Source of the DNA: an uncultured Spirochaetota bacterium
Lineage (GTDB): Bacteria; Spirochaetota; Brevinematia; Brevinematales; JAOACQ01
Assembly: GCA_963783575.1 (NCBI GenBank)
Contig: CAWAOD010000014.1
Location: 288,001 to 352,000, forward strand
DNA: 64,000 nt
Direction: 5' to 3'
Made by a program: the position numbers and the translations under genes
Notes under the pieces: model-generated
What the model saw: the letters and a program-made list of their open reading frames with translations, nothing else
Database searches by the model: none
Told to the model about the DNA's origin: nothing
Shown here: positions 1-9,110 of the stretch, piece after piece
Layout of the letters: each line of letters begins with the position of its first letter
Numbering within the stretch: position 1 is the first letter of the stretch

Positions 1-1180
1 TTTGACCATCCTTTCTTTTACGAATAGCCATATAAATGCCTATATCCAATGCAGCAGGAAAAACCCATCCTCCGTTATAATCAATATGTTCTCCAATAAG
101 ATTAACCCTTGCCGGGGAGGAAAATACAGATAATTCCCATTCTTTTCCTCCGAAAATACTGATAAATTCTTTTATAACTTCCTGTTTTAAAAGAAAATGA
201 TCCCACTTTGAGAGGTATTTTAATTTTGAAAGCCTCAATTGTTTAGCCGTTTCTTCCACTGACGCAACATTAGCGGCAGACCATGCACCCATTTCTGAAG
301 AAGCGTAATATTTGATTTTATTTTTATCCCTTAATGGCGGATAGAATTCAATATGAAAATGGTAATAATCAGTGCTATTTTTATATTCGTCATTATTTAC
401 AGGACGCTGATGGATAACCATCATATATGGAAATGGACGTTCGAAGACCATTTCAAAACTTCCTGTAATTAATTTTAAAATTTCCGCCAGAGATTTTTTC
501 TCATTATCATTAAAATCCGTCATTAAACTTTTATGATTTTTTGATATAATAAATACGCCAAATGGATAATCGGTAAAGAAAGGCAGATATGCAATGAAAG
601 AGTCATTTTCAAATATGATTCTCTGTTTAAATGAAATTTCATCTTCATTCATCTGGCAGATCAAGCATTTTCCCTTTTTTGAATAATAATCTTTTGAATT
701 TTCAAGCTCGATTTGTAGTTTCTGCGGAATGTAAGAATAACCATAAATTTGACCATGAGGATGCGGCATTGTTACACCTACTTCTTCTCCCCTATTCTCA
801 AATGGAAAAATCATTTGTATTTTTTTATCTTTTGAAAGTTCCTCAATCCTTTCTACCCAGAGATCTATTAATTTATTTATGTGTTCTACAGGCAATTGAT
901 AGAGTGATTTTTTATGTTCGGGAGAATAAAGTATTACTTCACATTTGCCATATGATTCTTCTGTTTTATATAAATCTGAGCCTACAGTATCCGGATGCGG
1001 AGGAGTCTGACTTAAAACAGGGAAATCATTGTCATATTTTAATACATCATAATTTTCAGGTACTTTTCCGGAACCGGGGCAAAACGGACACATATCTTGA
1101 GGCATTTGCGGCCTGTCCTGTCTATGGGATGCAACCATTGTCCAGGTTTTTAGCAATGGATTCCATCGAAGCTCTGACAT
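1..1180 (-). CDS. galT-galK: Galactose-1-phosphate uridylyltransferase fused in frame to the N-terminus of galactokinase (runs off the window edge)
   Basis: Hand translation from ATG 1180: [36 protein letters not shown] (GalT HPH motif)..[10 protein letters not shown], continuing without a stop into [25 protein letters not shown] (GalK signature). Not in the ORF track. Confidence 0.9.
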   Translation of the reverse strand, partial: MSELRWNPLLKTWTMVASHRQDRPQMPQDMCPFCPGSGKVPENYDVLKYDNDFPVLSQTPPHPDTVGSDLYKTEESYGKCEVILYSPEHKKSLYQLPVEHINKLIDLWVERIEELSKDKKIQMIFPFENRGEEVGVTMPHPHGQIYGYSYIPQKLQIELENSKDYYSKKGKCLICQMNEDEISFKQRIIFENDSFIAYLPFFTDYPFGVFIISKNHKSLMTDFNDNEKKSLAEILKLITGSFEMVFERPFPYMMVIHQRPVNNDEYKNSTDYYHFHIEFYPPLRDKNKIKYYASSEMGAWSAANVASVEETAKQLRLSKLKYLSKWDHFLLKQEVIKEFISIFGGKEWELSVFSSPARVNLIGEHIDYNGGWVFPAALDIGIYMAIRKRKDGQ

Positions 1181-1432
1181 AAAGTGTTCCCCCGATATTT
1201 AATTTAATATCCTCAAAACGAATATAATTTAATAACTTTTGTTTTGAAAATATTGATATGATAATTTTTGGCAGTATTTGAGAATTTAATAAGACTGACA
1301 GGATTACTTATAAAATAATAATGCCAGTCTTTATTTTACTTATTATTTTAAATTTAACTGGAACAAAAGTCAAAAAGTTTTTCAAAATTATACTTATAAA
1401 TCAATCCTTAGGACAAATCCCAATAATAATCA

Positions 1433-1461
1433 TTGACTTCTTATAATGTTATGTTTATAAT
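1433..1461 (+). promoter_or_regulatory. sigma70-type promoter for the prenyltransferase-ndh cluster
   Basis: TTGACT-N17-TATAAT about 90 bp upstream of the 1553 ORF. Confidence 0.55.
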
Positions 1462-1552
1462 TTATTAATATTTTTATAGTTATCAATTCGGAAAGTATGT
1501 AAAATAATTTTTATCGCATTTGAGTCCGATGTAAATAATGAAATGAATCTTA

Positions 1553-2467
1553 ATGAGAATAATTATGGAAATTACAAAAGACCTGATTATAAGGTATTTT
1601 AAAGCATGGTTTAAAGCTCTCAGACTTTTTTCACTTCCGATTGCATGGGTCTCTTGTTTATTAGGGGTTGTTCTGGCTTTTAATGACGGCTACCGGAACT
1701 TTCTTAATGCTGTTTTAATAATGATTGCAGGAAGCCTTCTTCAAACTGGAGTAAACCTGATAAATGATTTTTTTGAATTTAAACAGAGAAATATCGATGA
1801 TAAAATTCCCAATTTGAAAATATTTGGCCCTAAAAGAGAACTTATAGAATGGATAATATTCATTTCTGGAGTTGGATGTTTCACTTTAACTATTCCTATT
1901 GGTTTGTTTCTAGTTTATAAAACCGGGATTCCATTATTGATTCTTGGTATTGTTGGCTTAATCGGCGGGTATTTCTACACTGGAGAGCCTTTTAATTACA
2001 AGATTAAAGGGCTTGGGGTATTATTTGTGTTTTTTCTGATGGGTGTTTTTATGGTTACAGGATCCTATTATGCAATGTCAGGTATTGTTAATTTAAGTGT
2101 ATTATTAATATCAATTCCGGTTAGCAGTATGGTTTCAGAGATTCTTCTTTGCAATGAATTAAGGGATATCGAGGCCGATACCCGGCATGGTTTGAAAACT
2201 CTTTCCGTTAGAATTGGTTACAAAAATGCAGTTATATTATATTTTTTATTAATCGCAATAACATATGGTGGAATCATATGGCTTTACTTTATAGGATTGA
2301 TTCCCAATCTATATTTTTTATTATTTGGAATTCTTTTTATGATACCTCCAACGATAATTATTCTTAAAAATAATAATAAAATGAAAAATATAATTCCTTG
2401 GATGATGGTTCATCATTCAATTTTCGGATTACTTTTTATAGGAACTTATTTAATAAAAATAAATTAG
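1553..2467 (+). CDS. menA: UbiA/MenA-family prenyltransferase (DHNA polyprenyltransferase, DmkA-like)
   Basis: NLINDFFEF and NELRDIEADTRHGLKTL Asp-rich motifs, YTGEPF, multiple TM helices. Confidence 0.85.
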   Translation: MRIIMEITKDLIIRYFKAWFKALRLFSLPIAWVSCLLGVVLAFNDGYRNFLNAVLIMIAGSLLQTGVNLINDFFEFKQRNIDDKIPNLKIFGPKRELIEWIIFISGVGCFTLTIPIGLFLVYKTGIPLLILGIVGLIGGYFYTGEPFNYKIKGLGVLFVFFLMGVFMVTGSYYAMSGIVNLSVLLISIPVSSMVSEILLCNELRDIEADTRHGLKTLSVRIGYKNAVILYFLLIAITYGGIIWLYFIGLIPNLYFLLFGILFMIPPTIIILKNNNKMKNIIPWMMVHHSIFGLLFIGTYLIKIN

Positions 2468-2604
2468 TAAGCACTCACTTCGACATACTCGGGCTTGCTT
2501 CTTGATGAAAATGAATTTTTAGAGATACCGCCATTCCAAATAATAACTTAATAAATTTAATTATTAAAGATGTAGTATGAGCATAATTCTCGTAGGAGGT
2601 TTTA

Positions 2605-4680
2605 ATGATTGATAAAAAAAGGATAGTTGTTCTTGGGGGAGGTTATGCGGGAGTTAATTCTGTAAAAATATTATACAAAAAACTTAAAAAGAATAAAAAT
2701 ATTGAACTGGTTTTAATCGATAAGAATCCCTTTCATACATTAATGACGGAACTCCACGAGGTCGCAGGTGGCCGAGCCGAACCGGATTCTGTAAGGATAA
2801 GCTATAATAAAATATTCGGCGGAAAGAAAATCGATGTTATTATTGATAATATAAAAACAATCGATTTTATAAATAAAAACCTTATTTCAACATCCGGTGA
2901 ATATCATTACGATTATTTGATAATTGGCGCCGGAGCCGAACCGGATTATTTAAATGTTAACGGTATAAGAGAAAATGGATTTACACTATGGTCGTATGAT
3001 GATGCCATAGAATTAAGGGAACATATTGAATCAATTTTCCTTCAGGCTTCACGTGAAATCGATCATTTAAAAAGAAAGGAATTGCTTACTTTTGTTGTGG
3101 CGGGAGGCGGTTTTACCGGCGTTGAGTTCACAGGAGAACTCCTGGAGTGGAAAAATACTCTCAGCAGAAAATATGGTATAAATGAGAAGGAAGTTTCTGT
3201 TTACCTAATAGAAGCGCTTGACAGAATACTCTCAATATTGCCTGATTCATTAAGTTATAAAGCTCTTATGTACTTTCATAAAAAAGGTTGTGAAGTTCTT
3301 CTGAATTCTCAGATCCTGAAAGCAAATAATGGAGAGGTTTTCATCAAAGGCGGCAGAAGTTTTAAAACAAAAACGCTGGTATGGACCTGCGGTGTCCAAG
3401 GGTGCGAATTCGGAGCAAATCTTGGATTGTCAAAAGGTGTCTGCGTTACAAGAAGCTGTAATTATGATTTTGGAATAAGCGATGAACAATCAAAACTGGA
3501 CAAGTTTTCCGAAGGCGGAGAATATGTGAGCGGTAAACTCGGAAGAATCATGGTACATGATACTATGCAGTCCATAGAATATCAGAATGTCTTTATCGCA
3601 GGAGATCTTCTCTGGTATGAAGAAGATGGGCATGTCCTGCCGCAGGTTGTCGAAACAGCGCTTCAAACCTCTGAGACAGCAGCTAACAATATTATAAATG
3701 ACATAAATGGGAAGGAAAAAAAGTCTTTCAAGTCGGATTATCATGGTTTTATGGTTTCTATTGGCAGCAAATACGGTGTAGCTGCCCTGATGAATATTAA
3801 AATAAGCGGTTTTATGGCAATTGTTCTGAAACACCTTATCAATCTTCATTATTTATTAGGAGTAGCAGGGCTTAATACTATCTGGGATTATCTCAGGCAT
3901 CATTTCCTGGATATAAAAGATAACCGCTCTATTATCGGAGGTCACGCCGCTGCCAGGATAAGGATTTATTGGGTATTGATTTTAAGATTATTTCTCGGTA
4001 CAATGTGGCTTATTGAAGGGGCATCGAAAATATCAAGCGGATGGCTTGATCCGGGACATATTTATATTATCAGTACTTCTGCCGTAACGGGCGCAAGTAT
4101 AGTACAATCAAAAGATGATAAAATCTCAGAAGATACAAAGAAAAAAAATGATGCTTCTTCAGGGGCTTCTGTAATCGTATCGAATTCTCAGGATAAGACA
4201 AAACCGGAATCCTCAGCCGTTACTTCTGCATCTACAAATGTAGCGGAATCGAATGAAAAATCATTAACGGACGCAGTATCATCGGCCTCTGCTCCATCAT
4301 CATCAGCCCAGGTTCCCCTTATCAAGAAGCCTTTGGGAATTTATATCTGGATTGAAAATATATTAATATCCAGAGCCCCTTATGTTTTCCAGGCTTCCGT
4401 AGTTATTGCAGAAATTCTTATTGGACTTGCGCTTATCGGGGGTTTATTTACTTTTGTCGCTTCAATCGGCTCAATAGGTCTTTGCTTAATGTTTCTGATA
4501 TCCGCGCTTGCAGGTAAGGAGATTCTCTGGTATATGGCTTCTTCAATTATGATGCTTGGAGGAGCGGGAAGAGGTTTCGGATTGGATTATTGGGTAATTC
4601 CATGGATAAAAAAATGGTGGAACGGAACAAAAATAGCCAAAAAAACCTATTTATACATTGATGAGCCTAAAAACAAATAA
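2605..4680 (+). CDS. ndh: Type II NADH dehydrogenase with C-terminal membrane domain (Ndh2 of the flavin-based EET type)
   Basis: GGGYAG and GGGFTGVE Rossmann motifs; C-terminal LRLFLGTMWLIEG..TM helices..GLDYWVIPW membrane domain. Confidence 0.85.
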   Translation: MIDKKRIVVLGGGYAGVNSVKILYKKLKKNKNIELVLIDKNPFHTLMTELHEVAGGRAEPDSVRISYNKIFGGKKIDVIIDNIKTIDFINKNLISTSGEYHYDYLIIGAGAEPDYLNVNGIRENGFTLWSYDDAIELREHIESIFLQASREIDHLKRKELLTFVVAGGGFTGVEFTGELLEWKNTLSRKYGINEKEVSVYLIEALDRILSILPDSLSYKALMYFHKKGCEVLLNSQILKANNGEVFIKGGRSFKTKTLVWTCGVQGCEFGANLGLSKGVCVTRSCNYDFGISDEQSKLDKFSEGGEYVSGKLGRIMVHDTMQSIEYQNVFIAGDLLWYEEDGHVLPQVVETALQTSETAANNIINDINGKEKKSFKSDYHGFMVSIGSKYGVAALMNIKISGFMAIVLKHLINLHYLLGVAGLNTIWDYLRHHFLDIKDNRSIIGGHAAARIRIYWVLILRLFLGTMWLIEGASKISSGWLDPGHIYIISTSAVTGASIVQSKDDKISEDTKKKNDASSGASVIVSNSQDKTKPESSAVTSASTNVAESNEKSLTDAVSSASAPSSSAQVPLIKKPLGIYIWIENILISRAPYVFQASVVIAEILIGLALIGGLFTFVASIGSIGLCLMFLISALAGKEILWYMASSIMMLGGAGRGFGLDYWVIPWIKKWWNGTKIAKKTYLYIDEPKNK

Positions 4681-4710
4681 TGTATTTATGATTGTGAAGG
4701 GGTTTTTTTA

Positions 4711-5667
4711 ATGTGGGATAAATTTCCGGCTATACAAAAAGATCTGGATTTAATAAAAAGTAAAATGAGTGATGAGTTCCGAAAAGGCCATCCAATTGTT
4801 AGACGGGCTTTAACCGATTTCATAGATAATAATGGAAAAATGCTGCGTTCCGGTTTATTTGTAATATGTTCGCGTTTCGGTGATATTAATCTCGATAAAT
4901 TAATAAAGATCGGCGCGGCTATAGAAATGCTTCATCTGGCGACGCTGATTCATGATGACATTATTGACGATTCTGAAATAAGAAGAGGACTGCCGGCAAT
5001 TCACAAAAAATATGGAAAACGTGATGCGGTTTTAATCGGGGATTATTTATTCAGCAAAGCCTTTGTAATGGTTTCAGAATATGCGCAGGACATACATATA
5101 AAACTATTAACAAGAGTTCTCACATCAATTTGCGGTAGTGAATTAATCCAATCATCTCAGTTATATAGAAAAACTATTACTATCAGACAGTATTTGCGCC
5201 GTATTATTGGTAAAACAGCTTCTTTGTTTTCTTTAAGCTGCTATATTGGCGGACTTGAAAGCGGCTGCAATAATGAATCAAATCATATATTGGGAAGAAT
5301 CGGCTATTATTCCGGGATAAGTTTCCAGATAATCGACGATATACTTGATATTGAAGGCAAAAAAAGTCTTTTAGGAAAGCCTGTTCATACAGATTTATCC
5401 CTGGGAATATTTACTATGCCTGTAATATGCGCAATACAAAATGATGATGGGAAACTATCGAAAATGCTGGATAAATTCCCCTATTCGGAAAGAAAAATCA
5501 ATAAAATCATACATCTTGTCAAAGAATATGATGGAATAAATAAAGCAAGGGAATTCGCATCAAGGTATACGGAAAAAGCTAAAACGGAAATAGAAAGACT
5601 TCCCAATGTTGATAATAAAAATGTTTTATCATCAATTATACAGGAATTACTATCAAGAAACAATTGA
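4711..5667 (+). CDS. Polyprenyl (heptaprenyl) diphosphate synthase, DmkB/HepT-like
   Basis: GKMLR, LIHDDIIDDSEIRRG, KTASLF, FQIIDDILD motifs. Confidence 0.9.
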   Translation: MWDKFPAIQKDLDLIKSKMSDEFRKGHPIVRRALTDFIDNNGKMLRSGLFVICSRFGDINLDKLIKIGAAIEMLHLATLIHDDIIDDSEIRRGLPAIHKKYGKRDAVLIGDYLFSKAFVMVSEYAQDIHIKLLTRVLTSICGSELIQSSQLYRKTITIRQYLRRIIGKTASLFSLSCYIGGLESGCNNESNHILGRIGYYSGISFQIIDDILDIEGKKSLLGKPVHTDLSLGIFTMPVICAIQNDDGKLSKMLDKFPYSERKINKIIHLVKEYDGINKAREFASRYTEKAKTEIERLPNVDNKNVLSSIIQELLSRNN

Positions 5668-5851
5668 AAATGTGAATATCGGTTTTTAGCCCTCTTATCC
5701 GGCGGAAAGATTCTGAAATTTATTCAGCAGAATAGTAAAAATAATATTTATTATTGAAATAAAAGTGATATATTATACGTCATATATAATAGATAAAATT
5801 TTGAAAAAATAAAATATTTCATAATATTTTCTTGATTTAGATGTTAAATTA

Positions 5852-5909
5852 AGGTATATCTTGAAATAGAATATTCTAGCTCAAGGATATCCTCGCAATA
5901 GAATATTTT
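5852..5909. promoter_or_regulatory. Tandem palindromic boxes AGRATATYCT with 16-bp period, candidate PadR operators
   Basis: AGAATATTCT 5868, AGGATATCCT 5884, AGAATATTTT 5900, degenerate copy at 5852. Confidence 0.5.
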
Positions 5910-5929
5910 TATGATTGAAAAGGTTTAAA

Positions 5930-6580
5930 ATGGCTAATAAAAAAATTAATTCCGCCAGGGATGATAAAAATGTTTTAAATAGAATGGAGTTGCTGGCATT
6001 ACAGTTTCTCGATTGGGAAGAACCGTCTCATGCTTATGATATTGAAAAAATGATAGAAAAAGTTAATGCCAGGCAATGGATGGATATAGGTTTTTCTACA
6101 ATTTACACAATTTTAAAAAAACTGGAAGACAAAGGACTGGTAATAAGTGAAACTATAGTACAGGACCATAAACCGGCAAAAGTAGTATATCGTAAAACAA
6201 AAACGGGTAATGAAATTTTGAAATCTGAGGTAGCAAAGCTTTTTTTTAACTGGAAAGTGATTGACAACCTGTCATATTTTAATCAGACGGTTTTCAGTTT
6301 TTATTTGTTTAATAAAGAGGAAATGGAAGAATTAACAAAAAAAAGGATTACAGCCGGAGAAAATTTAATAAAGAAAATTGAACTCGAATTCCAGAATCAA
6401 AATAAAGGCTTTTCTAATTCTGTAGAGTATACCCTCCCGTTAAAGTGGGTTTATAACCATTTTCGCGATTTGATTAAAGCTGAAATTATATGGCTTAAAA
6501 ACTGGATTATTGATATAGAAATAATTGATTGGGAAAAATTTTGCATAGACATAAAAAAAAATAAACCTGATTTCCTTTAA
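5930..6580 (+). CDS. PadR-family transcriptional regulator
   Basis: HAYDIEK..IGFSTIYTILKKLEDKGLV..KPAKVVYRKTKTG winged helix; ATG at 5930 preferred over TTG 5915. Confidence 0.85.
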   Translation: MANKKINSARDDKNVLNRMELLALQFLDWEEPSHAYDIEKMIEKVNARQWMDIGFSTIYTILKKLEDKGLVISETIVQDHKPAKVVYRKTKTGNEILKSEVAKLFFNWKVIDNLSYFNQTVFSFYLFNKEEMEELTKKRITAGENLIKKIELEFQNQNKGFSNSVEYTLPLKWVYNHFRDLIKAEIIWLKNWIIDIEIIDWEKFCIDIKKNKPDFL

Positions 6581-6664
6581 CCAAAATAATATGTTATATT
6601 TATAGAATATATTTTAGTTGGGAATGCTTAAATTGGCTTCCTACCCTAATTTAGAGGAGGAAAA

Positions 6665-7528
6665 ATGAATATTATTGAAATGAAGGGTGTTAAGAAAGAT
6701 TATGCTCTGGGCGAAACTACAGTACATGCCTTGAAAGGAATTGATTTTGCGGTAAAAGAAGGAGATTTTATCTCAGTTATAGGACCATCGGGGAGCGGTA
6801 AAACCACTCTTCTGAATGTCATAGGCTGTATAGATAATGCTACTTCCGGTACAGTCAAAGTCGGGGGTGAAATTGTGTTCTCGGATGATGCCGGTGAGGT
6901 CAAACCCTATACTGAGGGTAAAAAACTATGTAAAGATATGGTGCTTACTCGGCAGGAAAATACACAGTCTTTATTTATGAATGATAGAAAGATAACCGAT
7001 CTCAGGCTTTATAAAATAGGATTCATATTCCAGACCTTCAACCTGATACCTGTCCTTGATGTAATTGAAAATGTTGAATTTCCGCTGCTTTTAATGGAAG
7101 GTGAACGCAAAAAACTGAACAAAGAGGTTGGAAATATACAGAAATCCTGCGATGAGGAAGATAATTATATTAAAAGAAAACTTTCAAATAAAGAAATTAG
7201 GCAAAGAGCCATGGCGCTCATCGAAGAAGTCGGTTTAAAAGATTATGTTAAGCACAGACCCGCTGAATTATCCGGTGGGCAGCGCCAGAGGGTTGCAATT
7301 GCCCGTGCCCTTGTAACCAAACCGGATATTGTTCTTGCGGATGAACCTACGGCAAACCTGGATTCGGTAACAGGCGCAAACATTCTTGAATTGATGAAAG
7401 AAATGAACGAGTTGGAAAAGACTACTTTCATTTTCTCGACACATGATCCGGATGTTTTAAAATACGCCAGGAGTGTTGTTAAAATCAGGGACGGTCTGAT
7501 TGTCGGATCAGAAATCTTGAATCATTAG
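6665..7528 (+). CDS. ABC transporter ATP-binding protein (LolD/MacB-like)
   Basis: GPSGSGKT, LSGGQRQRVAIARAL, LADEPTANLD. Confidence 0.95.
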   Translation: MNIIEMKGVKKDYALGETTVHALKGIDFAVKEGDFISVIGPSGSGKTTLLNVIGCIDNATSGTVKVGGEIVFSDDAGEVKPYTEGKKLCKDMVLTRQENTQSLFMNDRKITDLRLYKIGFIFQTFNLIPVLDVIENVEFPLLLMEGERKKLNKEVGNIQKSCDEEDNYIKRKLSNKEIRQRAMALIEEVGLKDYVKHRPAELSGGQRQRVAIARALVTKPDIVLADEPTANLDSVTGANILELMKEMNELEKTTFIFSTHDPDVLKYARSVVKIRDGLIVGSEILNH

Positions 7529-7538
7529 GGGGCAAAAT

Positions 7539-9065
7539 ATGGGTCTTATTTTTAAAATAGCATGGCGGAATATTCTCCGTCATAAGGGAAAAAGCATCAT
7601 CATCGGAATGATACTTTTCCTTGGAGCCCTTATAATGACTGCGGGAAATGCGGTTATATCAGGAATGGATAAAGGACTTCAGGAAAATATAGTCAATAGA
7701 TTCACTGGCGACATTGTTCTGATAGCCACAAACCAAAAAGATGAAGCCGTAGTTGCGGGCGGGATGATGGCGGGGACTGAAATTATCTCAGGTTATACAA
7801 ATGTAAAAAAATTGATGGAGAGCCAGGATTATATAAAGGACTTCATTCCGGTTTGCCGCGGTTTTACAATGGTTTTGAACGAAAAAGGAGATATGGGATT
7901 TACGGCGCTTCTGGGAGTGGATATTGAAAGATACCAGAAAATGTTTCATTCAAATATAATAGTTGTTGAAGGAAGCGCCTTAAGCGATGGGGATCGCGGA
8001 ACAATGGTTACTACAGGCGGACGCAGCAGAATGTATGATGGTATGGACGTATGGCTGACGCCATTCGGAACTCCATTCATTGCAAGCAACCTTACAGCGT
8101 CAGCAAAATCAAATATAAACAATCTGAACATCCAATCAAATGTTGTACTGATGGGCATGAGCGCAGACGGATCGCAGCAGGATATCCGCGTTCCGGTAAA
8201 AGGCGTAATGAAATACCGATATCTGAATAATTTCTGGGAGTCTTACAGTATTCTGGACATTGAGTCATTCAGGGATTGTTTCGGGTATGTGACCGCTGCC
8301 GATTCTACAATAAAGCTCAATAAAGAACAGGCAAATATATTGTCAAATGATGAAAATCTTGACAGTTTATTCGGCGGCAATGTAATCCAGAAGGTTGATA
8401 CAAAATCACAGGCTATAAAAGTCGGTTCTCTAAAGAGGGAATATAAAACAAATAATGTAAAAGTAGATATTGAAAATGGGATTTATAACCTTGTTTTTGT
8501 GAAACTTAAAAACAGCAATCAGGAAAGGAAAGATCTTATTAAGCTTAACACTGCTTTGAGCAATTCACATTTAAGTGCGAAGGCCATCAGCTGGAAAAAG
8601 GCGGCGGGGACTATCGGTGATACTGCTGCTATTATGAAAGGCGCTTTGAACGGATTTGTATTTTTCATATTTTTTGTCGCGATTATAATAATTACAAATA
8701 CCCTTTCAATGGCGGCGCTTGAAAGAACAAATGAAATCGGTATGATGAGAGCCGTAGGAGCACGAAAGGACTTTATTGGGACGATGTTTATGGCCGAAAC
8801 ACTGGTTTTATCTGCCGTATTCGGAGGTATAGGAATAATTGTCGGAATTGGAGCTACAAACATTTTGGCGGCCGTAAATATTTCTGCGGGTACAAATGAT
8901 GCACTACAGCTATTTTTCGGAGGCGATGTTTTCCATCCGATTTTAAACTGGCTGGATATTCTTACCGGAGTTATTGAGCTGGGAATTGTTACACTGATTG
9001 CCGCGGCTTACCCGCTTGTCGTCGCTAGAAAAATCACGCCCCTGGAAGCAATAGCCAGAGACTGA
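7539..9065 (+). CDS. ABC permease, FtsX/LolE-like
   Basis: IAWRNILRHK N-terminus, large periplasmic domain, ERTNEIGMMRAVG. Confidence 0.9.
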   Translation: MGLIFKIAWRNILRHKGKSIIIGMILFLGALIMTAGNAVISGMDKGLQENIVNRFTGDIVLIATNQKDEAVVAGGMMAGTEIISGYTNVKKLMESQDYIKDFIPVCRGFTMVLNEKGDMGFTALLGVDIERYQKMFHSNIIVVEGSALSDGDRGTMVTTGGRSRMYDGMDVWLTPFGTPFIASNLTASAKSNINNLNIQSNVVLMGMSADGSQQDIRVPVKGVMKYRYLNNFWESYSILDIESFRDCFGYVTAADSTIKLNKEQANILSNDENLDSLFGGNVIQKVDTKSQAIKVGSLKREYKTNNVKVDIENGIYNLVFVKLKNSNQERKDLIKLNTALSNSHLSAKAISWKKAAGTIGDTAAIMKGALNGFVFFIFFVAIIIITNTLSMAALERTNEIGMMRAVGARKDFIGTMFMAETLVLSAVFGGIGIIVGIGATNILAAVNISAGTNDALQLFFGGDVFHPILNWLDILTGVIELGIVTLIAAAYPLVVARKITPLEAIARD

Positions 9066-9110
9066 CAAAGTTAATCCATGAATTAATTTATTCTATGGAT
9101 GGAGGAAAAT

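Noticed and set aside
631..1182. 183-aa + strand ORF
   Set aside because: Antisense shadow of galT, which has clear motifs on the - strand.
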